Source: a virus. From it: a DNA stretch of 57,257 nucleotides. Below are positions 1 through 9,556 of this stretch, piece by piece. The stretch's first letter is position 1, and each line of letters begins with the position of its first letter. The stretch covers positions 1 through 57,257 of the IMG/VR virus record IMGVR_UViG_3300045988_170111; one strand, 5' to 3'. The notes under the pieces are model-generated. The model was not told the origin of the DNA. It was given only the letters and a program-made list of their open reading frames with translations, and did not search any database. The position numbers and the translations under genes are program-made.

Positions 1-91
1 CGGATGCTCTTGTTTGCTATACCAATTTTCACCACCTTAAAATTTCTCTCGAAAATTTTGTTTTGGGGCTTGACTTTTAATAGTTAGTCTT
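1..91. repeat. left inverted terminal repeat (ITR-L)
   Basis: Reverse complement of 57168-57257. Nt 1-74 pair perfectly with 57184-57257. One 1-nt indel follows (T4 at 75-78 vs A3 at 57181-57183), then 13 more matches. Contains an internal near-palindrome AAAATTTC-TCTC-GAAAATTTT (39-59). Confidence 0.9.
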
Positions 92-92
92 G

Positions 93-113
93 TGCGCCCC
101 ACAAGGGGGCGCA
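93..113 (-). other. GC-rich hairpin abutting ITR-L, just after the last structural gene
   Basis: TGCGCCCC-acaag-GGGGCGCA, an 8-bp stem 3 nt downstream of the fibre gene stop on the minus strand. No clear U-tract, so terminator function is uncertain. Confidence 0.35.
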
Positions 114-116
114 GAT

Positions 117-1019
117 TTAAGATATACAGAAAGCCGGGCGAACGCCACGAGAATGGGAAGCGCCGTAGCAGTCCGCAAGACCGTCGCGGTTGACAATGGC
201 GAAACTGGAAGCGGTAATAACGTCCCTCAACCACCAGTCGTTACGATTGCCAATACGGCTCGGCTCGTGCTGGAACAGCGGCAACTGGGATTTCTCGACA
301 CGATAGTTAGTCGGGACATTGCTACCGTCAGAAACAGGGGAGAAAATACCACTGCCGTAGACCATCTGCTCGCACATAAGGTCAACTTCGGAATCGCACC
401 ATGCGCCGCCGGAAGCACGACCATTCGCAACAGCGTTCGTCAGATAGATTCTGTGTTTCAGAACATGACCGCTGAACGCACTCTTGATAGTGGTCTTAGC
501 CTGTTCGAGATTGCTCTTGTACATATCCGAGCCGACATAGCCGCCAGCCGTAGTATTTGCCGCACCGCTTTCCCAACCGCCGGAGCTGGTGTTGTGCATT
601 TGTGCGTTGTACAGGCAAGTGTCCGGCACGATAACTACATGGTGGGTAGTACAGTTCGTATCACCACTGTTGAGGTAGTAATCGAACGCTGCAATACGGT
701 AGTTGACACCGCCGATAGTCCAGTAGTCACCGATGTATAAATCATCGAATGTACCAGCCTTGATAGCGGCATACTGGGCGGTAGTCACGGTGCTACCAAG
801 CGACTTACCACGGTAAATTGCATTGTGCGCCCCGGCGTTGTTAAAGAGCAGAGGAGCGATTTTCGCTTCTGTACCCTCAACCGCCTTGGCTCTGAAATTG
901 GCAAAGGTGATTTTCTTCAAGCCTGTGCCATCGTGAATCGGAATCAGACACGAATCGGTCGGTGTGGTGAACGCCGTGAGTTCCGTCACTTTCTTGGTTT
1001 CAATACTGATTGCACTCAT
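117..1019 (-). CDS. tail fibre / receptor-binding protein
   Basis: 300-aa ORF with an AGGAGG RBS; terminal gene of the tail module. C-terminal WWLRD...GVRPAF motif resembles Firmicutes phage fibre and surface-binding domains. Confidence 0.7.
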   Translation of the reverse strand: MSAISIETKKVTELTAFTTPTDSCLIPIHDGTGLKKITFANFRAKAVEGTEAKIAPLLFNNAGAHNAIYRGKSLGSTVTTAQYAAIKAGTFDDLYIGDYWTIGGVNYRIAAFDYYLNSGDTNCTTHHVVIVPDTCLYNAQMHNTSSGGWESGAANTTAGGYVGSDMYKSNLEQAKTTIKSAFSGHVLKHRIYLTNAVANGRASGGAWCDSEVDLMCEQMVYGSGIFSPVSDGSNVPTNYRVEKSQLPLFQHEPSRIGNRNDWWLRDVITASSFAIVNRDGLADCYGASHSRGVRPAFCIS

Positions 1020-1021
1020 TT

Positions 1022-1648
1022 TTATTCCTCCTTATATTTCCAATCTGCCACGATTGCATTACCCAAATCGTCAGCAAGAAGCGTAGTACCAGTGTTGTCA
1101 ATCGCAACAGGTACAGTGAAAAGGTTCTTCAAGGTCATGTGTTCCAGTGCCGCCAAACGCTCGTCCACTTCGGTAATCTGATTTTGCAGACTTCCGGCAA
1201 TGTCCTCGTTCAGCTTACCTTTGATACCAGCAAACCATGTGTTAAATGCCGCAGTCTGCTCGCCCTCATAGGCAGTCATGTGTTCCTCATAGGTCTTTTC
1301 GATTTGTGCCAAAGACAAATCGCCCTGTGCCTTGAGGTTGACGAAATACTGGGTCAGCTCTTGATAAGAACTATCACCCGAGCTTTTGAAAAGCTCCTTC
1401 TGCGTGGTGAAGTAGGTCTGAAACTCCTCATACAAGTTCGTGCCGTTTTCCAGCATAGACATGATGTAGTTCAGAGCTTCGTTCATACGGTTAGCGTCTT
1501 TTGCACCGAAGAAGGATTTCTCCTTATTGGTGTAGGTCGTAACATCGTTGAACGATACCGTACCATCGGAGTTATCGACCTGTGTGTATCTTTTCAGACC
1601 ACTCCAAACAGCGTCCGTATAATCAGTAGGAAGTAATTTCCACGCCAT
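1022..1648 (-). CDS. tail fibre-associated coiled-coil protein
   Basis: 208-aa ORF with a GGGAGGG RBS, tightly packed between tail genes. Heptad-like E/Q/L-rich centre. Confidence 0.6.
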   Translation of the reverse strand: MAWKLLPTDYTDAVWSGLKRYTQVDNSDGTVSFNDVTTYTNKEKSFFGAKDANRMNEALNYIMSMLENGTNLYEEFQTYFTTQKELFKSSGDSSYQELTQYFVNLKAQGDLSLAQIEKTYEEHMTAYEGEQTAAFNTWFAGIKGKLNEDIAGSLQNQITEVDERLAALEHMTLKNLFTVPVAIDNTGTTLLADDLGNAIVADWKYKEE

Positions 1649-2074
1649 TTATAGCCCTCCCTTCATACCAAAATTCCATGTGAATGTCCTCCTTCCCTCA
1701 CTCTCATTGGTGAGCCTGTCGTAAAGGTCAAGGATTGCTCCCTCCAAACGATTGAGTTCTTTGAAATCCATCGTATTACCATTGGCGGCATAGGTAGGAG
1801 CAGTGCCGTAAGACCTCTTGAGACTGTGGGTATTGATGGTAACGAGGTTCGCTTCCAGTGCATTGATTTCATCAGCATAGAAATAGTCCTTTACGGTCTT
1901 ATCGCTTCCGACAGACTGAATAGCGAACTCGTCATACATCTTGATAGCCAACTCACGGAGGTATTCGAGGTTGTTCTTAATTCGATTGAAGTCCACGGCG
2001 TTGAATCTGTCCCCGGTGTAAACACCATCGACAGTCTCACCGTTCCAATCGGTTTTCGGTGTAGACCACGACAT
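1649..2074 (-). CDS. tail fibre / upper baseplate-like protein
   Basis: ORF starts at the internal ATG (MSWSTPKTDWNGE...) behind a GGAGG RBS and abuts the next gene. Assignment is by position. Confidence 0.55.
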   Translation of the reverse strand: MSWSTPKTDWNGETVDGVYTGDRFNAVDFNRIKNNLEYLRELAIKMYDEFAIQSVGSDKTVKDYFYADEINALEANLVTINTHSLKRSYGTAPTYAANGNTMDFKELNRLEGAILDLYDRLTNESEGRRTFTWNFGMKGGL

Positions 2075-2075
2075 T

Positions 2076-4298
2076 TTAACCTCCAATCCTTCGGGCGGTT
2101 ACTCGACCCGAAAATGCTTGCTTGAAATTGACAGTGTGACGGTAGATATTTACCCTCATACCATCGTGGAACTCGTTTTCTTGATACACAATGTCGGTAG
2201 CGTCCAGCTCTGGATTTCCTCGAGTATCGTATTCGTACTCGATTCCGGCTGTGTAATAATCAGCCAGCCATGCGGCAAGCTCATTCGCCATCGTGGTATT
2301 ACTTATCAGAGGATTCTTCCACTTGACTGTCTTACCACGAGCGTTGAGAGACACCGTAGCGTACTTCTCAACGATTTTGTACCGATAACCCTGTACCTCG
2401 AGCTTAAACGAGCCAGTGACATTGAATTTTATGGTAACGAAGTAGTTACTCCATGCCACTACGGTTGCCTTACCTTCGATTTCATCGAGCTTCACCTTAT
2501 AGCCATAGGAAGGGTCTTGAATGTAATAAGTCTCGACCTCACCAGAGACTACATCTATGTCCTCGTAGACAAGGTTTTCTTCTCGATTATTCTCTTGGTA
2601 GGTGTAACATGGGACGATAACCTCTTTGATAAGCTCCTGTTTGATAGCTTTCGGGGAGGAGGTCATGTCCCGGCGATTCATGGTGAAATCCACAACATCG
2701 CTCAAACTGAAATAATTCAGCACGATACGGTTGTACGGTTCTGCGGTTTTAGTGAACTCAATCTTCATCACATCGAAATCATCGAAATCACGAAGAATAA
2801 TCGAAGTAGTGTTGATTTCGTCTTTTTCAACCGGGTATTCATTTACAGGCTCGCCACCCTTGTACGTTCTGATTGTGAACGCCGCCGGGAGAGCTGTACC
2901 GAAGACCAGCTTCAAACCGTAATAAGCTCGAATCGCTTCCATCGTGATAGTAACGACAGGATTCTTTGTGAATGTTCCGTTTGCCCCGGAGATTTCCTTC
3001 GAGACATACCCGGTTGTCAGAGCCGCCTTGCCGTTTCTCGGAAGGAAGAACATCGTCCCATCGGTAGGGGTGTAATTCCCGGCGAGGGTTGCGTATTCGA
3101 CCTTCGGTGTGTCCGTCAGCACATTTGCGGCATTGGAGTAGGTCTCTTCGCCGTTGGTTGCGATGGAAGCACTCGGCATGAAATTCGACTTGATTTGAAC
3201 CTTGCCGTCTCGAGACTGGGTGAGAACACATCGACAGGCATTTGCGATAATCTGCAATGCTTCTTTGTATTTCACTCTCGGAATAGGGTTGTTAGAGTAG
3301 AGCTTCTTCAAACGTGGGTCGATGTAATACTCGGAAATCCCAGCGTCCTTCAAAATCTCCTCTGCCAGTGCGTAGTAGCTTTTACCAGCGGCACTATACA
3401 GACCCTTCACATACTCGCCGTCCATATTACGGAAAATGTCTTGGCAACGGATTGTAGCTGTGTTATCGTCACTTTCCCATTCGGAACACCACAGGTGGTT
3501 TCCTTGAATCCACTCGATAGTGTCAGAACCCGGGGTCTGATAACCATACATAATATCCATTTCCTGTCCTGTCTCGAGGTAGTTGATAGCCGAGTTCGGG
3601 TTATCCACATTGAAGTAGTGGTCGTAGTTTTTCAGCGTTACAGAAAAATCGAACTGCGGAACATCAGCCCCGATAGGGGAAACATAACTGTCAAGAGAAG
3701 AACTCATAACAGAATCGTTGTAATACACAAGTCCGTAACCGAACATGATAGAGTAGATACGCAAACGGCTTTGAGGGTTCTTCATCTTGTAGAACACCAG
3801 CTTGATATAGGTTGTATTTTCCAATACTTCCTCGGTACTCCACTTTGATTTTGTATTCCCTCTAAACTCAATGGTCTGCCCGGTACTTCCGACAATATCG
3901 AAATCGACCGGGTAGTTCTCACCGAAGTTAATCGTGAGACCCTTGAAATCCGTTGCGATTGTGTTCAAGCTGATAACCACTTCACATCGAGCTTCGGAAA
4001 CCAGCTTGTCCGAGACAATCCCTGTATCATAGTATCTCCCTCCCTCGGTAGCCCGAGGGAGAAAGAACATAGAGCCATCTACTTTCGTGAACTCCTCCTC
4101 GAGAGTGGCATAGACCGTATCGTCAATATGCTCTCCGAAGATATTGTCCTTGTTCGAGTAGTAGGCATAACTGCCATTATCGACCGTAGCTTTCGCCTGT
4201 GCTTCTTGGTTCACAAGTCCGAAAGAAATCATAATGTATGCTCTCTCACGGAGAGAGGACTTCATGCTTTCTTTGTATGCTTTCGATACTTTCTGCAT
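2076..4298 (-). CDS. tail tip / tail-associated (Tal-like) protein
   Basis: 740-aa ORF two genes downstream of the tape measure, with an AAGGAGG RBS. Size and position are typical of siphovirus tail-tip proteins. Confidence 0.65.
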   Translation of the reverse strand: MQKVSKAYKESMKSSLRERAYIMISFGLVNQEAQAKATVDNGSYAYYSNKDNIFGEHIDDTVYATLEEEFTKVDGSMFFLPRATEGGRYYDTGIVSDKLVSEARCEVVISLNTIATDFKGLTINFGENYPVDFDIVGSTGQTIEFRGNTKSKWSTEEVLENTTYIKLVFYKMKNPQSRLRIYSIMFGYGLVYYNDSVMSSSLDSYVSPIGADVPQFDFSVTLKNYDHYFNVDNPNSAINYLETGQEMDIMYGYQTPGSDTIEWIQGNHLWCSEWESDDNTATIRCQDIFRNMDGEYVKGLYSAAGKSYYALAEEILKDAGISEYYIDPRLKKLYSNNPIPRVKYKEALQIIANACRCVLTQSRDGKVQIKSNFMPSASIATNGEETYSNAANVLTDTPKVEYATLAGNYTPTDGTMFFLPRNGKAALTTGYVSKEISGANGTFTKNPVVTITMEAIRAYYGLKLVFGTALPAAFTIRTYKGGEPVNEYPVEKDEINTTSIILRDFDDFDVMKIEFTKTAEPYNRIVLNYFSLSDVVDFTMNRRDMTSSPKAIKQELIKEVIVPCYTYQENNREENLVYEDIDVVSGEVETYYIQDPSYGYKVKLDEIEGKATVVAWSNYFVTIKFNVTGSFKLEVQGYRYKIVEKYATVSLNARGKTVKWKNPLISNTTMANELAAWLADYYTAGIEYEYDTRGNPELDATDIVYQENEFHDGMRVNIYRHTVNFKQAFSGRVTARRIGG

Positions 4299-4310
4299 AA
4301 AACCCCTCCT

Positions 4311-4682
4311 TTACTCGCCAGTGTCGATAAGATTTACCTTGCAATTCCGATAATGCGTTGGAGTACCGTCTTCTGTCACCCAGTAGGGTTCTCCTGTACG
4401 GTCTCCGCAGTACATTCTTACGGTTTTGCGTTTATTTGTTACAGGGTCATTAAATTCGACATAGACGAAGAAATTGCTCAAGATAGAGAGAATCCGTTCC
4501 CATTGAGCCGCAGTGAGCCACGCCCACTCAAGCCCATCTATCTTGTACTGGTCTCGTCCAACTCTTTGACCCACAACAGCACCGTTAGCGTCTCGTCCGC
4601 TGTCAACCACGGTGGTTACGACCACGCTCACACCTCGTTTACAAGGTGGTAGCTCATAACCATTTATCGCTAAATATGCCAT
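4311..4682 (-). CDS. distal tail (Dit-like) small protein
   Basis: 123-aa ORF directly after the tape measure. Assignment is by position only and the protein is shorter than a classical Dit. Confidence 0.45.
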   Translation of the reverse strand: MAYLAINGYELPPCKRGVSVVVTTVVDSGRDANGAVVGQRVGRDQYKIDGLEWAWLTAAQWERILSILSNFFVYVEFNDPVTNKRKTVRMYCGDRTGEPYWVTEDGTPTHYRNCKVNLIDTGE

Positions 4683-4697
4683 CGCTACACACCTCCT

Positions 4698-7600
4698 TTA
4701 CTCGGTGAAGCTGAAACCGTTCGCTTCCTTCTGCGTGGTAACAGCGTCATTGATTGTACGGTTGCCGACCTTTACGATGGTCTGTTCCTTCTTGTCTGCC
4801 TGTCTCTTGGTATCGGTAGCGATTTCCTTGAGAGTAGGCTCAACATACTCGTGGTAGAACTCACGCATATTGCGAGACCACGAATCATCGGAATATGCAC
4901 CGTCATAGGATTTCTTGGAATCTTCGTACACCGTCTGTGCCAGCGAGTTATAAGGGTCATAACCGCTTGCCGAAGCCAGCACGAGGTTTTCGTTGATTCC
5001 GGCGGTACTTACGACAACGGCATTGATAATACCGTTCGCACAAGTCACAATGTCTCGAGACATGGACTGCCAGTACCCGGAGAACTGTGCCATACCGCTC
5101 ACGATGGAGCTGTGCATGACAGAAGCAAGCTGGAATCGGTTCAGCACCTCGGTAGTGCCATTTACATGACCTACCAACTCTGCGCCGCTCTCACCAGCAA
5201 CGAACATAGAGCCATGCGCCCGGTTCGTGCCGCCAGCATATTTCGGCATTGCTTTCCACATATTCGGAGTGATGATACCTCCGGAAGCGAACATCTTCAC
5301 GCCGCCGTTTGCACCAACGATACCGCCGTTCGCCAGTCCGAAGAACTTCTTAATAGAAGTCCAGCCGGATTTGAAAAGCGAGATACCGACAGATACCGAA
5401 GTACCAACGAAGCTCGAGATAGAACTCCAACCGTTTTTCCATAGAGAGATACCGACACCTACGGTGTGACTACCAATCCAGTTCTTAATCGTTGTCCACC
5501 CGGACTTGAAAAGCGAAATACCTTGAGCGATAACAGGAAGACTACCAATCCAGTTCTTTACGGTAGACCAGCCGGATTTCAGCAACGAAATTCCTTGACT
5601 GACAACCTGGATATTGCCGACCCACTCTCTTACGGAGTTCCAGCCGGACTTCGCAAGACTTACTGCTTGCGATACTCCCGGGATATTGCCAATCCAACCC
5701 TTGACCGTCTGCCAGCCGCTCTTTGCGAGTGCGACAGCTTGGTCTACGGTAGGAATGTTTCCTATCCAGTTTTTCACGGTAGACCAGCCGGATTTCAGAA
5801 GCCCGACACCCTGTTTCACAGCCGGAATGTTACCAATCCAGTTCTTCACAGAAGACCAGCCATCTTTCACGAGCTTTACGCCAGTTTCAAGAGAGAGACC
5901 GTCTTTCGTCTTGTCAGACCACCACTCCTTCACGTTGTCCCACCATTCCGAAGCATTGTTTTTTACTTCGGCAAGGAATTGAACAGGCTTGCTGTTCTTA
6001 ACCTTCTTTTTGAATTTGTTCCACTCGTCAGATATGTTTCCGAGAGCTTCCTTAATTCCGCTCACCATCGAATCCCAGCTAACAGGTTTTCCAGTAGCGA
6101 AGTCTTTAACTCCATCGGCAATGAGAGCAAGACCGAGAGGAATACCAACACCTGTCAGACACAACATGAGACCGATAGCAAGTTTGCCGAGAGAACCAGC
6201 CATTGATTTAATCTTGGTAAAAACTCCCTTGATTTTTTCTTTGATGGTTTCCCAGTTAATAGCTACTGCTGTACCGAGAGCCGCCGCCCCCGATAATATC
6301 AATCCAACACCGAGAGGAATACCAACCCCGGTGAAGCACAGGATAATACCGATTGCAAGAGCCGCCGCCCCAGCGATAGCAAGTATTTTAGTAGTTACGC
6401 CCTTTAGCTTGTTTGTCAAAGTGTCCCAGTTAAGAGCCACAGCCGTACCGAGAGCCGCCGCACCAGCGAGGATAAGACCTACGCCGAGAGGAGTTGCAAC
6501 TCCTGTGAAAGCGAGAATCATACCTATGGCAATGGAAGCCGCCCCAGCAATGAGAAGAATTTTCGTAGTAACCTTTCTGATATTGTCCGGCATACTATTC
6601 CAATTCAAACCGACTGTTGCGGCAAGACCGACAGCACCAGCGGCAATCATCGCAATACCCAGCCCGGTTGCAACTCCTGTCAGAGCGAGGATTGCACCGA
6701 CACCGATTAAAGCACCGCTCACGATAGCCACAATGCTTAGTACGGATTCTTGAACATCACCTGTTAAGGAGTTCCAGTTCAAAGCTACTGCCGAAGCGAC
6801 AGAAACAGCACCAGCGGCAATCATCGCAACACCGAGAGGAACGTTTACACCAGTCAGAGCGATAATTGCACCGAATGTCAGTAATGCACTTCCGACAATG
6901 GTTTCGAGCATACCGATTGTCCTACGGAGAGGGTCGGACATCGAATCCCAGTTAAGACCGATTGCTGTAACCATGCCGACAGCACCAGCCGCCATCAATG
7001 CAATACCGAGAGGAACATCAACACCAGTAAAGGCGAACAATGCACCCATAGCCAGCAACGCACCGCTCACTATTGCCGTGAGAATGGACAGAGCGTTCGA
7101 CAGGTCTCCGTTGAGGAACTTCCAGTTAATTACAGCCGCAGTACCGAGAGCCGCCGCACCAGCCACCATGAGACCAGCACCGAGCGGTACATTGACACCC
7201 GAAAATACAAGGAAAGCACCGATAGCCAACAGGAAGCCGCCCAGTACCCCGGTAACGAGGGTAAGTACCTTCGCCAACCGTTCCGACATTCCGTTCCAGT
7301 TTGCCATTACCGAAGCCGCCAAACCGACAGCACCAACAGCCATAAGACCGAGACCGAGAGGAATGTTCGCACCTGTGACAACGAGGATAGTACCGATTGC
7401 CAGTAAGAATCCGCTGATAACAGCCGTGATTTCCCACATAGCGTCCTTAATCATCTGAACGATTTCGTCAACCTTGGAAGTGATTGCGTCACCGAGGAAA
7501 TCGTAGGTAGGAAGGTCAATGCCTAAATCCCCACCACCGATACCAGCACCAGAGCCGCTACCGCTTCCACTGGAACTATCGTCTTTAGACAGGACGTTCA

Positions 7601-9104
7601 GCTCGTCAATACCGAGCAGAGCATTTTTCAGCTTCTTAGCCGCTTTCCCGGCTTTACCCAGTCCATCGGAAGCGTCCCCAGCGTTGTCAGCCAAATCGCC
7701 AACCGCAGAAGCACCAGCAGAAATGCCGGAATAATCTACCTCCGGGAGTTTGAATCCGAACAGACTTGCGATAGAGTTTGCCAGCATACGGACAATCTTC
7801 GCCAAAGCGATTGCATACGGTAATACTGCGTTCAGAGCCGGGATAAAGATATTACCCAAAGCTCTTGCACACTGCGTAACCTGTGCCTGTAAAACACGAA
7901 GCTGGTTCGCCGGAGCGTTCAGAGTACGAGCCATATCACCTTGAGCGGTAGTTACCTGTGTCATAATTGCGTAGTAACGCAACTGCGACTTTTCAGCCTG
8001 TGTCATAGCAGAGACCTTTTTCTCGATACCGAGAGCAAGAGCTTCCTCTTGCAGTCTTGCAACAGACAGGTCGTAACCCAGTCTACGAAGCGGCTCAAGT
8101 TCACCCGAGATACCCGACTGTAACTTCTGCATTGCGTCCTCAAACGAAATGTTGAAGAACGAAGAAATGTCGTAGCCGAGCTGTGTGAGGTTCTTGGACA
8201 TGAGGTACGCTTTATCGCTCGCCACGCCGAAACCGCTAATGATGGTGTTGAACACACCTTGATTTCGCATGAACTCGCCCGGGTCGATACCGAGAGCTTC
8301 GCTGACTGCTTCTGCGTAATTCTGTGCTTCCTCTACGTATTTACCCATAGAAGCGGTAAACAGGTTCAAATCCTCAATGTACTGGTTGGACTGTGTTATC
8401 CACGAAGCGATTACTCTCGCACCAGTACGCACAACACCCATAGCCATTTTGATTTTGGCATACAGATTCATGTAACTATTTGCCGCCTTATTGTTCTCTT
8501 GCGAGATTCTGTTCGTGACGGTAATAGCTCTCTGAATGTTCGTAGGAAGACGATTGAACGCCGCAGTCACAGCATTGAGCTGATTTGTCAGCGGAGCAAG
8601 AGCCGTAGACAACTGCTGAATCTGACTGGTGAACTTAGTCATGTCCATGTTGTCGAGGGTGTCTGCCAGCTTCGGTAACTTATTGAGCGCATTGATAGTG
8701 GACTTTAGCCCGGAAGCGTTCAGATTGTTCAACGGTTGAAGTGCTGTACCCAGCTTCTCCATAGCACTGAAATCTACACCAGTGAGGGAAGCGGCGGCAC
8801 TACCGATATTTTGAAGCTGATTTCCGATGGAAGACGAAATCTTGAGACTGCCGAGACCTTTCAGTTTTTCCAAACTGGAAGCGAGCTTGTCAATCTTGTC
8901 TGCCCCGGAACTATCCATGCTTTTAAGGGCGGTATCGAGATTGCGTACTTGATTTGCAACGCTTGTTAATCCGACACCGCCCCTAACTGCATTTTTGAGT
9001 TTGGACAAAGAAGCGGAAAGAGCGTCTATACCAGCGACAGCCGAGGTGGAACTCGACTGAACTTCCAATTCGAGTTGTTCGATTGTAGTAGGCATAAAAC
9101 TCAC
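4698..9104 (-). CDS. tail tape measure protein
   Basis: 1468-aa ORF following the G/GT chaperone pair. It has a coiled-coil N-terminus, internal hydrophobic repeats and Trp repeats. Confidence 0.9.
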   Translation of the reverse strand: MSFMPTTIEQLELEVQSSSTSAVAGIDALSASLSKLKNAVRGGVGLTSVANQVRNLDTALKSMDSSGADKIDKLASSLEKLKGLGSLKISSSIGNQLQNIGSAAASLTGVDFSAMEKLGTALQPLNNLNASGLKSTINALNKLPKLADTLDNMDMTKFTSQIQQLSTALAPLTNQLNAVTAAFNRLPTNIQRAITVTNRISQENNKAANSYMNLYAKIKMAMGVVRTGARVIASWITQSNQYIEDLNLFTASMGKYVEEAQNYAEAVSEALGIDPGEFMRNQGVFNTIISGFGVASDKAYLMSKNLTQLGYDISSFFNISFEDAMQKLQSGISGELEPLRRLGYDLSVARLQEEALALGIEKKVSAMTQAEKSQLRYYAIMTQVTTAQGDMARTLNAPANQLRVLQAQVTQCARALGNIFIPALNAVLPYAIALAKIVRMLANSIASLFGFKLPEVDYSGISAGASAVGDLADNAGDASDGLGKAGKAAKKLKNALLGIDELNVLSKDDSSSGSGSGSGAGIGGGDLGIDLPTYDFLGDAITSKVDEIVQMIKDAMWEITAVISGFLLAIGTILVVTGANIPLGLGLMAVGAVGLAASVMANWNGMSERLAKVLTLVTGVLGGFLLAIGAFLVFSGVNVPLGAGLMVAGAAALGTAAVINWKFLNGDLSNALSILTAIVSGALLAMGALFAFTGVDVPLGIALMAAGAVGMVTAIGLNWDSMSDPLRRTIGMLETIVGSALLTFGAIIALTGVNVPLGVAMIAAGAVSVASAVALNWNSLTGDVQESVLSIVAIVSGALIGVGAILALTGVATGLGIAMIAAGAVGLAATVGLNWNSMPDNIRKVTTKILLIAGAASIAIGMILAFTGVATPLGVGLILAGAAALGTAVALNWDTLTNKLKGVTTKILAIAGAAALAIGIILCFTGVGIPLGVGLILSGAAALGTAVAINWETIKEKIKGVFTKIKSMAGSLGKLAIGLMLCLTGVGIPLGLALIADGVKDFATGKPVSWDSMVSGIKEALGNISDEWNKFKKKVKNSKPVQFLAEVKNNASEWWDNVKEWWSDKTKDGLSLETGVKLVKDGWSSVKNWIGNIPAVKQGVGLLKSGWSTVKNWIGNIPTVDQAVALAKSGWQTVKGWIGNIPGVSQAVSLAKSGWNSVREWVGNIQVVSQGISLLKSGWSTVKNWIGSLPVIAQGISLFKSGWTTIKNWIGSHTVGVGISLWKNGWSSISSFVGTSVSVGISLFKSGWTSIKKFFGLANGGIVGANGGVKMFASGGIITPNMWKAMPKYAGGTNRAHGSMFVAGESGAELVGHVNGTTEVLNRFQLASVMHSSIVSGMAQFSGYWQSMSRDIVTCANGIINAVVVSTAGINENLVLASASGYDPYNSLAQTVYEDSKKSYDGAYSDDSWSRNMREFYHEYVEPTLKEIATDTKRQADKKEQTIVKVGNRTINDAVTTQKEANGFSFTE
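5340..5885 (-). repeat. eight tandem 22-24-aa Trp repeats inside the tape measure gene
   Basis: G(V/I)xLxKSGWxxVKNWIGNIPxVxQ repeated 8 times, degenerating toward the C-terminus. Confidence 0.8.
6050..7430 (-). repeat. eight tandem ~174-nt (58-aa) repeats inside the tape measure gene
   Basis: Unit is like GALLAxGAIxAxTGVxxPLGxxLxAAGAxxLxTAVxLNWxxxxxxxx, repeated 8 times. Each unit carries two hydrophobic helix-like stretches. Confidence 0.8.
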
Positions 9105-9556
9105 TTCCTTTCTTGTAACTGCTTATTTGCCTGTACCATATACGCTTGCATATAGCGCAGACCCTTTTCAGACTTAGCCTTTTCCTTCTTGAGTTCTGCT
9201 TCCTCCACCGTCTTTTTATTGATGGGATATGCTTCCTCAACATAAGGTTGAGCTTTCGTTCCCTTTTTGGCGAAAGCACGAAGAATCGGAGACAGACGAG
9301 AAATAGCGTCATAGATGTACATACCCTGTAACCACATTTCTTGATTGACCCTCTCTTTGCGAAGCTCCTCCGCTTTGCGGTAGGACTTCACGAGAGTAGA
9401 ATCTCTATCCCAGTATTGTTCTTCCGTCATGCCTATTGATAAGTAATAGGGGAACTTTGCGAGAAAAATCTCCGAATAAGAAGGGGGAGCAGAGCGATTA
9501 TCACGCTCGCTCCCCTTGTTAGCGGATTCATCTGTCAACAGCGAATCACTTACCAA
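9101..9556 (-). CDS. tail assembly chaperone T-part (expressed as a G-T fusion by -1 frameshift)
   Basis: This reading frame is open from the slip site at 9580 to 9101 and overlaps the end of the upstream 109-aa ORF. It has no good RBS of its own. Confidence 0.65.
   Translation of the reverse strand: MVSDSLLTDESANKGSERDNRSAPPSYSEIFLAKFPYYLSIGMTEEQYWDRDSTLVKSYRKAEELRKERVNQEMWLQGMYIYDAISRLSPILRAFAKKGTKAQPYVEEAYPINKKTVEEAELKKEKAKSEKGLRYMQAYMVQANKQLQERK

Noticed and set aside
37-234. 65-aa minus-strand ORF and 216-aa plus-strand ORF (90-740) at the left end
   Set aside because: The first runs through the ITR and hairpin. The second is antisense to the tail-fibre gene. Neither has an RBS.
2118-3848. 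576-aa plus-strand ORF
   Set aside because: It is antisense shadow of the 740-aa tail-tip gene, has no RBS, shows odd composition (rich in C/H/R/I) and interrupts an otherwise contiguous minus-strand operon.
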